Assembly (NCBI GenBank): GCA_003242895.1
Contig: QKMY01000023.1
Location: forward strand, 1,982 to 65,981
Source of the DNA: Candidatus Margulisiibacteriota bacterium
Lineage (GTDB): Bacteria; Margulisbacteria; Riflemargulisbacteria; GWF2-39-127
Direction of reading: 5' to 3'
DNA: 64,000 bases
Shown one piece after another: positions 56,260-64,000 of this stretch. The notes under the pieces are model-generated. The model did no database searches and was not told the DNA's origin. It saw only the letters and a program-made list of their open reading frames with translations. How positions within the stretch are numbered: the first letter of the stretch is position 1; each line of letters starts with the position of its first letter. The position numbers and the translations under genes were made by a program.

Positions 56260-57483
56260 TTACGCTGCTAAGGGTGATTTCCGAATGGCACCCTTCAATT
56301 CTTCAGCCGTTATTTTTCCCCCCTGGCTTAATAGTGATCGAGCCTCATCGACTTTTTTCCATACATTACACAGCATAATGCCTTTTAACTCACCCTTATT
56401 TAAGTAATAAATGACTCCGGTATCATTTTCCTTTGTCCAATCGGCGAACGTTTCAAACTCTGCATTCGTATCACCTACCGCTTCATACCCAAATTCAAAA
56501 AGGTCTGAGAAAAAATAGGGTATATAGGTAAATGGTTCTCCTGCACCTGTCATATTCCGGCCTGCGTATTTTCCTTGATGAATTGAATTATCCCAATGTT
56601 CCAGGCGCATTTGTTTTTTTAGCGCCTGATATGGAAATAGTGCGTTATCTCCCGCTGCATATATATCAGGATTCGAAGTCTGCAGATATTCGTTTACAAC
56701 AATACCATTATTAAAATCCAGATTTGCCGAAGTTGCCAGGTTTTTTTCCGGTGCAATACCAATGCCTGCTATTACCATATCCGATTCGATAAGTTTTTCG
56801 CTATCGGTGTATGTAATGAATTTGTCACCTTGTTTCGCAATCCTAACTGGTTTTTCCCTGTTAAATATGTTAATTTCCCGTTTTAAATAGTGCTCTTGTA
56901 TAGCTTGCCCCAGAGATGGAGGAAAAACTCTGCTGCACAGATAATTATCGGGAAAAATCATTGTCACTGCGACCTTGTTTATACTCAATGCCGCTGCAAT
57001 TTCTGAGCCGATAAATCCGCCGCCTATTACCACTGCCGATTTGCCTTGCTGAGCTTCCTGTCTAGTTCGTAAATAATCATCTAGATACCGGTAGTAGCAG
57101 ATCCCATCAAGATCACCTCCAGGAATCGGAAGGTGACGGGGACTTCCTCCGGTAGCAAGAAGCAGGGTTTCGTAAGCATATTCTTTCCCTTCACTATCTG
57201 TGAGCGTTTTTTGATTTGTATTAATTGAAATAACGTGTTTCCCCAGAGCCAGTATAACGCCATTCTGGTCGTAAAAATTACGGTCATGCACGAAGATGTC
57301 TTCTACTTTTTTCTTTCCAAACCAGAGTTTTTTGGTAAGTGGAGGGCGATCGTAAGGTAAATGTTTTTCAGAACCTATGACCAGGATAGCACCTTTTTTG
57401 TCATACTCTCGAATCCCTTCAACAGCAGAAGCTCCTGCAAGCCCTGCGCCTACTATGATATATAAGAATTTCGTTTTTGCCAT
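56260..57483 (-). CDS. NAD(P)/FAD-dependent ferredoxin-reductase-like oxidoreductase
   Basis: Motifs GAGLAG, PYDRPPL, LLATG, GGGFIGSE, YAAGD and PYFFSD; GGGAGG RBS. Confidence 0.9.
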   Translation of the reverse strand: MAKTKFLYIIVGAGLAGASAVEGIREYDKKGAILVIGSEKHLPYDRPPLTKKLWFGKKKVEDIFVHDRNFYDQNGVILALGKHVISINTNQKTLTDSEGKEYAYETLLLATGGSPRHLPIPGGDLDGICYYRYLDDYLRTRQEAQQGKSAVVIGGGFIGSEIAAALSINKVAVTMIFPDNYLCSRVFPPSLGQAIQEHYLKREINIFNREKPVRIAKQGDKFITYTDSEKLIESDMVIAGIGIAPEKNLATSANLDFNNGIVVNEYLQTSNPDIYAAGDNALFPYQALKKQMRLEHWDNSIHQGKYAGRNMTGAGEPFTYIPYFFSDLFEFGYEAVGDTNAEFETFADWTKENDTGVIYYLNKGELKGIMLCNVWKKVDEARSLLSQGGKITAEELKGAIRKSPLAA

Positions 57484-57823
57484 AACTAACCTCCCTATAC
57501 ATGCAAGTAGCAATTCTGGGTGTGTCTTTTACAACTCTTGTTTGTCAAAGTCAATTGCAAAAGCAGGGTGTAATTTAGCCTCATCCAGCGGAAAGCATTA
57601 TCTGGTACTGATATATGTCACCCCCGCTGCCTTCTCCATCGACGACCTGAGAAGGCTTACAAATATAGCTGCTTATGGGTATCGGTGGTAAATGGGAGAG
57701 ACTGGCGAGACGGAAAATAGATATGGAAGTATTTTCTTTCATCGAGCCGAGCATATATTTTTGATGAAAATAGAGGGAATATTCGTTCAACGGTCGTAGC
57801 GCAGGACGCGTTTAGGCTTAAAA

Positions 57824-58951
57824 CTACTTAAAAGATATAACATCTTGGTATTTGATTCCACTTCTTCGTTTGCGTCCATTATGTGGAACTATTTTTATCA
57901 TGCTATTTTCTAGTTCATTAAGTATTATTTTGATCTCTTTTTCAGTAAAATCTGTTTCGTCAATTATCTTGGAGAGTACTTGTTCGTAAGTATAAGTAGA
58001 ATTTGAAAATATTTCTGTAAATATTCTAATCAACAAATCTTTGTCTATCGATTCGGGGCTGGGAGAAAACAAGCCCATTTGCGTACCATTGTTTCCGGTA
58101 TATTCGGTTTTCCCGTTATTAAACCTACCAAAACTGTCTTTCATTCTCGAACATCCTAGCCAATGATTTGACAGGTGGAATAGATAGTATATTGTTTTGT
58201 CTTGATCAGGATACTTCATTTTATATGGATAAACATACTTGCAAAAGTGCTTGCATTGTTGCCTGAATAAATTAATCATCTGTATTTCTTTTTCATTTTG
58301 GCCACAAAGGTCTCTCCATTCAGTAGTCCCAAAATATTCATCAAAGTGTTTTAAAATTTTTTCATCAGGATGTTCAGTCCATCTATGAATTGAGCTGTAC
58401 ATAAAGTTCAGTAATATCTCAGTTTTGTTGTTTGACATTATCCTTTTGATTGTGCTCATTTTTATATCTTTAAACCCAAACGGATCAATAAGAAAAAATG
58501 TTGGTGCAATATTTTTGCAAGTATCGAGAAATTCATTTATTTCTTTGTCGAAACTACCATTTACTAATAAGAGTTCTCCATAGGTATTAATCCCTTTATA
58601 ATTTATTATTTTTTTAATATTGTTTAAGTTATCATTATCTTGGTCAATTATCATTACATTAACATTGCCAATTCTATTTTCTGCCTGTAGACTATTGATT
58701 GTTTCTAGGGTACGTATTGGTGATCCAAATTGATTCGATAAATACGTACCATTTTTATCTAAACTTGAGTGATAAGCTCCAATACCTCCAAATCCATCAA
58801 TGTAGTTGAGCTTATTACTGAATGTACCAAGTATTTGTAACCAAAGAGGTAGATAATAGCTGAAAACTTTGTGCTTCATTTCTGTTTGGTCTTGATACTC
58901 CCAGGTTTTGAATGGTACATTGTTCCATGATTGAAGTTTTGGACTTCCCAT
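57824..58951 (-). CDS. tcmP: Three-Cys-motif partner protein (TcmP; SAM-methyltransferase-like fold)
   Basis: Motifs T..KH.....Y...W..IL, YIDGFGG.G, GSP, FFLIDPFG, EILLNFM and YYLFHLSNH. Confidence 0.8.
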   Translation of the reverse strand: MGSPKLQSWNNVPFKTWEYQDQTEMKHKVFSYYLPLWLQILGTFSNKLNYIDGFGGIGAYHSSLDKNGTYLSNQFGSPIRTLETINSLQAENRIGNVNVMIIDQDNDNLNNIKKIINYKGINTYGELLLVNGSFDKEINEFLDTCKNIAPTFFLIDPFGFKDIKMSTIKRIMSNNKTEILLNFMYSSIHRWTEHPDEKILKHFDEYFGTTEWRDLCGQNEKEIQMINLFRQQCKHFCKYVYPYKMKYPDQDKTIYYLFHLSNHWLGCSRMKDSFGRFNNGKTEYTGNNGTQMGLFSPSPESIDKDLLIRIFTEIFSNSTYTYEQVLSKIIDETDFTEKEIKIILNELENSMIKIVPHNGRKRRSGIKYQDVISFK

Positions 58952-59079
58952 AATTATCCTTTTGATGTAAAAATAACAATAATTGGATTATATCATAATG
59001 TAATGATTATATGTGAATAGTTTTATATAAATTATTTAGCGATAAAATGTTAGTAGCAAGAGAATAAATGAGGAATAAT

Positions 59080-59910
59080 ATGAGTATTTTAGTAAAAGAG
59101 AAAAATGACACAAATTGTAGAGCAAAGGCAGTTTTTGGTACTGCTGAATGGGCTGCGTATACTGAAAACTTTATTGATGGATGCAAGCATAATTGCAAGT
59201 ACTGTTATAGTAAAGAAATGGCAATAAGATTTCAGCGCAAAACTGCTGATTCCTGGTCTGAGGAAATTGTGAGAAGACGCCAAGTTAACAAAAAGTTTAA
59301 AAAAATGACAGGCACAATAATGTTTCCCTCTTCACATGATATTCATCCTGAAAACTTAACTAGTTCAATGATATTTTTGGAAAACATGTTATATGCTGGT
59401 AATCGTGTATTGATTGTAACTAAACCTCATTTGAGGTGCATAAAGGCTATTTCTGATAAACTATCTTTTTATAAAAATAAAATTCTATTTAGGTTTACAA
59501 TCGGATCTGCTAATAATGAAGTTTTATCATTTTGGGAGCCTGGTGCACCTCTTTATCAAGAGCGTCTAGCATCTCTTCAGTATGCATATAATAACGGATT
59601 CAAAACTAGTTTGTCTTGTGAGCCGATGCTTGATGATAATATTAACCAAGTAATAATTGATACATCGAATTATATTACAGATCATATTTGGATAGGTAAA
59701 GTAAATTTCCTTTTAAGAAGAATAAAAATGAATGGATGTGACGATACTGAAACAATTCGAAGAGCTACAGAATTGTTAAATATTCAGGCTGATAATAATA
59801 TTGTGGATTTGTATAATAATCTAAAGGATAATCCTATTATTAAATGGAAAGAAAGCATAAAGAATGTAGTAGGGATAGAAGTGCCTACTGAAAAGGGTTT
59901 AGATATCTAA
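59080..59910 (+). CDS. Radical SAM protein (spore-photoproduct-lyase/DUF5131-like)
   Basis: GCKHNCKYCY (CxxxCxxC), FPSSHD, VTKP, WEPGAP..ERL.SL and SCEPML. Confidence 0.8.
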   Translation: MSILVKEKNDTNCRAKAVFGTAEWAAYTENFIDGCKHNCKYCYSKEMAIRFQRKTADSWSEEIVRRRQVNKKFKKMTGTIMFPSSHDIHPENLTSSMIFLENMLYAGNRVLIVTKPHLRCIKAISDKLSFYKNKILFRFTIGSANNEVLSFWEPGAPLYQERLASLQYAYNNGFKTSLSCEPMLDDNINQVIIDTSNYITDHIWIGKVNFLLRRIKMNGCDDTETIRRATELLNIQADNNIVDLYNNLKDNPIIKWKESIKNVVGIEVPTEKGLDI

Positions 59911-59926
59911 TTCAATTATTTCCCTC

Positions 59927-60111
59927 GTCATTCCGTGAATATGCTGTGTCACAATTAATCGTATTTATTTGATTTTACTTGTTATTATAACGCCTTAATT
60001 TTGCCCCACCTTCGAAAACAGGAATCTAGCTCTGCATTAAACTAATAAGTATTTCTGAAAGATTTCCCTATGGATACAGGTATGACATAGAATTAGTATT
60101 CGATTGCCATG
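59927..60111. repeat. Degenerate second copy of the 47525-47752 repeat family
   Basis: GTCATTCC...GGAATC...GATTTCC...GGTATGAC, then TTAGTATTCGATTGCCATG (60093-60111), which has two mismatches to the terminal inverted repeat of the first element. Confidence 0.5.
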
Positions 60112-60180
60112 GCCCGAAAACCTTCCTCCTGTTGACTGAAAAATAGATTTATTATAAAACCGCCTTAAGGGGGGATTATT

Positions 60181-60501
60181 ATGAACAAAATCTATGCTTT
60201 GATTTCAGGTGGATTATTAGTATTTCTTTTGCTTATCAGTCCTGTAAACGCTGTTTCTAAAAATGACGGTAACTGGTCTTTTCAGTTCACTTCCGGGAAT
60301 GCTACGGTCACTGTAAATGTTATAAAAAAGGAAATTAAAAAAGACACCATTTCCTGGCAGGTGTTACTTGATCAGGGTTCCGGGCCTCAGCAGTATGCTG
60401 TCGGGACTTCAAATGCAAAAGGAACCAATGGCACCTGGCGAGTTCTTAGTCCTCAACCGGTACCGGAAAAACTGAAGAAATCAAAACCTGCAAAAAAATA
60501 G
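60181..60501 (+). CDS. Small secreted hypothetical protein
   Basis: Signal peptide (..SPVNA), beta-rich core and basic tail; AAGGGGG RBS. Confidence 0.7.
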   Translation: MNKIYALISGGLLVFLLLISPVNAVSKNDGNWSFQFTSGNATVTVNVIKKEIKKDTISWQVLLDQGSGPQQYAVGTSNAKGTNGTWRVLSPQPVPEKLKKSKPAKK

Positions 60502-60541
60502 TTAAGCGGGTATGCGTTTCACCGGAGCGGCTGGACTAATC

Positions 60542-63181
60542 CTATCCGCTCTTTTTTCTCGAAATCCACTTGGCAATCTCCATTACAACTATGATCGACA
60601 GGGCAGCGGAAATTGTTTGTACCCATGAGAGAAGTGTTAACGGTGCCGTACCGAAAATATAGTGGAAGAAAGGTACATTTATAACAATTATCTGTGCAAT
60701 AATCGCAATGGTAAGGCTGATAAACAGGAACGGATTTGATAATGGAGGTACCTTGAATATAGATTTCTTAAAGGAACGGGAATTCCAGACGTGGAAGAAT
60801 TGGAGGAACACTGCGGTGTTGAGTGCTGCGGACCTTGCATATCTTAGCCCGGTTCCATTGTTCAGCTCATACCGGTAAATCAGGACCATCGCAAAAGCAG
60901 ATACGATTCCGACCAAAACAATTCCTGAGAGCATTTCACGGTTAATGATATTTTCCCTGGGGTTCCTGGGAGGCCTGTTTGCGATATCTTCTTCTCCTGG
61001 TTCATAGGCAAGCGCTATATCTTGCAATCCATTGGTTACCAGGTTGACCCACAATACCTGTGTTGCAATAAAGGGTAACGGCAAGTCGAGGATAAGGCAT
61101 AGAATAATTGCCAGCGGAATCCCAGCGGCAGTAGCTAATAAGAAAAAAATTACTTTCCTGATATTGTCGTAAATGACTCTTCCGACTTTGACTGCTTCAA
61201 ATATTGACGCAAAATTGTCATCTTTCAATACCATGTCTGCTGCTTCTTTGGCAACATCGGTGCCGGCTTTCCCCATGGCAACGCCTATATTGGCTTTTTT
61301 TAAGGCAGGAGCATCATTAATTCCGTCTCCGGTTACGGCAACAATATTGTTTTTACGTTGCAGCGCATCGACAATGCTAAGCTTGTGTTGAGGAGAAACC
61401 CGAGCATAAACCATGACCTTATTTACGTTCTCTGCTAAGAACGTAACTCCTTTGAGATCTAGTTCTTGTCCTGTAAGCACAATGCCACCCTTTTCAAGAA
61501 TCCCTGTTCGTTCTGCAATTGCAGTAGCAGTGATCTTGTGATCTCCTGTTATCATCACAACCTTTATGCCTGCTATGTGGGCATTTTTGATAGCTTCTAT
61601 AGCTCGGGGTCTTGGCGGGTCTATAATTCCCTGTAATCCAACAAAGCTCAGATTGCGGGTTGCTTCTTGTTCCAGGTCAAATTGCCCTGTATCCAGGCGG
61701 TTTAGTTCTTTTATCCCGAAACCGAGGACCCGCAGCCCTTCTTCTGCCATGCTATGGTATTGTTGCGTGATAATGTGGTTATTCTGCTCGTTGGAAAAAG
61801 CCAGGATCTTTTCTGGTGCGCCTTTAACAAATAATATGTATTTGTTTTCCTGTTTATATAGTGTAGCCATATATTGCCGTTGTGAGCTGAAGGCTATCTC
61901 GTCAACCAGTTGATACCGGCTGTCCGGATCATCCTGGACTATCCCATATTTTATAGCGGAAACAATAAGTGCACCTTCGGTAGGATCTCCATCGATTTTC
62001 CATGTGTTATCTTCCTCATACACTTCGGATGAATTACACAGCAGGCCTGTTAGCAGCAACTCTTCAAGGTCTTTATCCTGCTTAATCGGGCTATCATTAA
62101 AAAAGATCTTTCCCTGCGGATTATAGCCTGTTCCTGATAAAGAGAATTCTTTTCCATTAGCGTACGCTTTGGTTACGGTCATCATGTTTTCAGTAAGAGT
62201 GCCGGTTTTGTCAGAACATATATAGTTGCAGCTGCCTAGGGTTTCTACCGCGATAAGTTTCCTGATAATAGCATTCTTTTCTGCCATGCGTTTTAATCCG
62301 ACTGACATGGTAACCGTTATTACTACCGGAAGTCCTTCCGGGATGATAGCAACAGCCATACTAATCGAAAACAGGATCATATTGTCAACAGGGATGCCTT
62401 CGAACAGCCCTAGAATAAAAACAATTGCCGAGACCGTTACCGATAGTATTCCAACTTTTTTGCTGAAATCTGCCAGCTTTTTTTGTAAGGGGGTTAGTTC
62501 TTTTATTGTACTTTTAACTGATTTTGATATTTTGCCAAGCTCAGTCCGATCACCTGTATTGACAACAACTCCTTTTCCTCTTCCCTTCAAAATCACGGTA
62601 CCCATAAACCCCATGTTGAGCTGATCCGGCAGGGATATGTTTATTCCTGTCATCTCCTGTACCTGTTTTGTTACAGCAGCGGATTCTCCTGTAAACATTG
62701 ATTCGTCGATCTCGATTTCTTTTACTTCGATAAGTCTTATGTCTGCCGGTACTTTATTTCCAGCAGCTATAATAACGATGTCTCCTGGCACCAGATCCTC
62801 AGAACTTATTCTTTGTTCTTGGTTTTCTCTGATAACCGATGCTTTTTGTTCGACGAGTTTCTTTATTGCCTGCATGGCTTTTTCCGCTTTGTATTCTTGA
62901 AATAGTCCCAGCAGGGCGTTAACCGAAATGACCGTGATTATTACGGCAGTATCTATATAATGTTTAATCGAGAGAGTGAATAGTGCTGCAACAAGCAAAA
63001 TATATATCAAAGGGTCCTTGAATTGCTTGAGAAAAATTAGCCATACCTGTTCGGTTTTTTCTTCTTGAATTGAGTTCGGGCCATATTTTTTTTGTCTCTC
63101 ATTGGCTTCTTCACCTGAGAGGCCGTGAAAGTGTGTTTGAAGAGCTTCTAAAACTTCATTTATATTCTTTTGGTAATACAT
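60542..63181 (-). CDS. Type II P-type cation-transporting ATPase
   Basis: Motifs TGES, PEGLP, DKTGTLT, KGAPE, DPPR, MITGD and TGDGINDAPAL. Confidence 0.95.
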   Translation of the reverse strand: MYYQKNINEVLEALQTHFHGLSGEEANERQKKYGPNSIQEEKTEQVWLIFLKQFKDPLIYILLVAALFTLSIKHYIDTAVIITVISVNALLGLFQEYKAEKAMQAIKKLVEQKASVIRENQEQRISSEDLVPGDIVIIAAGNKVPADIRLIEVKEIEIDESMFTGESAAVTKQVQEMTGINISLPDQLNMGFMGTVILKGRGKGVVVNTGDRTELGKISKSVKSTIKELTPLQKKLADFSKKVGILSVTVSAIVFILGLFEGIPVDNMILFSISMAVAIIPEGLPVVITVTMSVGLKRMAEKNAIIRKLIAVETLGSCNYICSDKTGTLTENMMTVTKAYANGKEFSLSGTGYNPQGKIFFNDSPIKQDKDLEELLLTGLLCNSSEVYEEDNTWKIDGDPTEGALIVSAIKYGIVQDDPDSRYQLVDEIAFSSQRQYMATLYKQENKYILFVKGAPEKILAFSNEQNNHIITQQYHSMAEEGLRVLGFGIKELNRLDTGQFDLEQEATRNLSFVGLQGIIDPPRPRAIEAIKNAHIAGIKVVMITGDHKITATAIAERTGILEKGGIVLTGQELDLKGVTFLAENVNKVMVYARVSPQHKLSIVDALQRKNNIVAVTGDGINDAPALKKANIGVAMGKAGTDVAKEAADMVLKDDNFASIFEAVKVGRVIYDNIRKVIFFLLATAAGIPLAIILCLILDLPLPFIATQVLWVNLVTNGLQDIALAYEPGEEDIANRPPRNPRENIINREMLSGIVLVGIVSAFAMVLIYRYELNNGTGLRYARSAALNTAVFLQFFHVWNSRSFKKSIFKVPPLSNPFLFISLTIAIIAQIIVINVPFFHYIFGTAPLTLLSWVQTISAALSIIVVMEIAKWISRKKSG

Positions 63182-63428
63182 GGTGTTCTCCTGTTCGGAG
63201 GTTTTAATACGCTATAGAAAAATTGTAAATAGAATTTATAGGCAGAAAGTTAAGAATGTAACTTCATAACTATTTATTTTACACAGGGATAGCTATTAGA
63301 ATCGATACTAATGGTAGCCTGGAAGATAGACCCGGATCATAGGCTAATGTTAAGATGAAATATAGCTGCTCAGTTAGCAACGGGTATTAACAATTGCGAA
63401 CGGGCAATAACATTAGGAGGATAAATGT

Positions 63429-64000
63429 GTGAATAAAAAAAACAGAACAAAAACTTTTTCGTTTGTACTGTTACTGCTGCTGATTTTTGGCCTAATGGGG
63501 TTTGACTTAATAACCAGATCTGATGCAGTTGAGGCAGCAACCCCGAACCAGGTTTTGAGATTTGTGCAATTGACAGACGTGCACATTGATCTTCGTGATA
63601 AACCATCTGGGAAAAGGCTGCTTTCACAATCAAGAGGTTTATTGGCTAATGCGGTGGCTACGATTAACAGTATGAATGTTGATTTTGCAGTCTTCTCCGG
63701 CGATTCCATTAACTCGCCCAGGGAGAAATCCCTTACTTCTTTTGCTCAGATAGCCAGCCAATTGAATTGTCCCTGGTATGTTGCTCTGGGGAATCATGAC
63801 ATCGCCGTATACGGCAGTCTTACGAAAGGTAAGTTTTTTGAGCTGCTGAATCAGGTTAACAGGTTTCAGAAGAACACTTCTCCCTATTATAGTTTTGTAC
63901 CCAAAAAAGGCTATCTAATAGTTGTGATGGATGGTGTGATTGATTCCAGAGCTACTGCTCATGGCAATTTTGACCGTCAACAATTAAACTGGCTGGAAGA
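63429..64000 (+). CDS. Secreted or membrane-anchored calcineurin-like metallophosphoesterase (CpdA/Icc-like); 3'-truncated and absent from the ORF track
   Basis: GTG after AGGAGG; translation MNKKNRTKTFSFVLLLLLIFG...QLTDVH...FSGDSIN...LGNHD, open to the window end. Confidence 0.88.
   Translation, partial: MNKKNRTKTFSFVLLLLLIFGLMGFDLITRSDAVEAATPNQVLRFVQLTDVHIDLRDKPSGKRLLSQSRGLLANAVATINSMNVDFAVFSGDSINSPREKSLTSFAQIASQLNCPWYVALGNHDIAVYGSLTKGKFFELLNQVNRFQKNTSPYYSFVPKKGYLIVVMDGVIDSRATAHGNFDRQQLNWLE

Noticed and set aside
57540..57823. Possible pseudogene or IS remnant next to tcmP
   Set aside because: The frames I translated are short and have no recognisable motif, and there are no terminal repeats.
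156..63709. Numerous 60-150-aa ORFs antisense to or nested within confident genes
   Set aside because: Shadow ORFs with no RBS or motifs.

Overview
AT-rich bacterial chromosomal window of about 60 CDSs, probably from a diderm anaerobe (sigma-54 system, Re-citrate synthase, predicted outer-membrane barrel); taxonomy cannot be fixed from the sequence alone. From left to right: the 3' end of an NtrC-type sigma-54 activator, converging on a multi-TM GAF histidine kinase. The kinase is preceded by an unannotated 44-aa ORF, a correctly spaced -24/-12 promoter and an enhancer-like inverted repeat. Next come an oxidative-TCA operon (Re-citrate synthase with a Cache domain, a two-subunit LeuCD-type hydro-lyase, icd, split fumarase), GH57/DUF3536, amidase-murI-queD-queC, cfa, a lytic transglycosylase, typA and a K+ channel. 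These are followed by a four-gene CHASE2 adenylate cyclase / 7x FN3-like / FecR / beta-barrel operon, and a five-gene permease / hydantoinase-A / TIM-barrel / DUF4127 / FAD-oxidoreductase operon of unknown function. The right half holds a SET-domain protein, hemerythrin, an unannotated 34-aa Lys-rich ORF, a stand-alone motAB, a MITE/REP-like element and a promoter-driven G-U-rich hairpin RNA candidate. It ends with psd-pssA-mreB, pectate lyase, UDP-glucuronate epimerase, a six-gene pterin operon, a divergent TcmP/radical-SAM islet, a P-type ATPase and a truncated secreted metallophosphoesterase. I saw no rRNA, tRNA, CRISPR array or transposase. All family calls come from motif recognition by eye; no database search was run.
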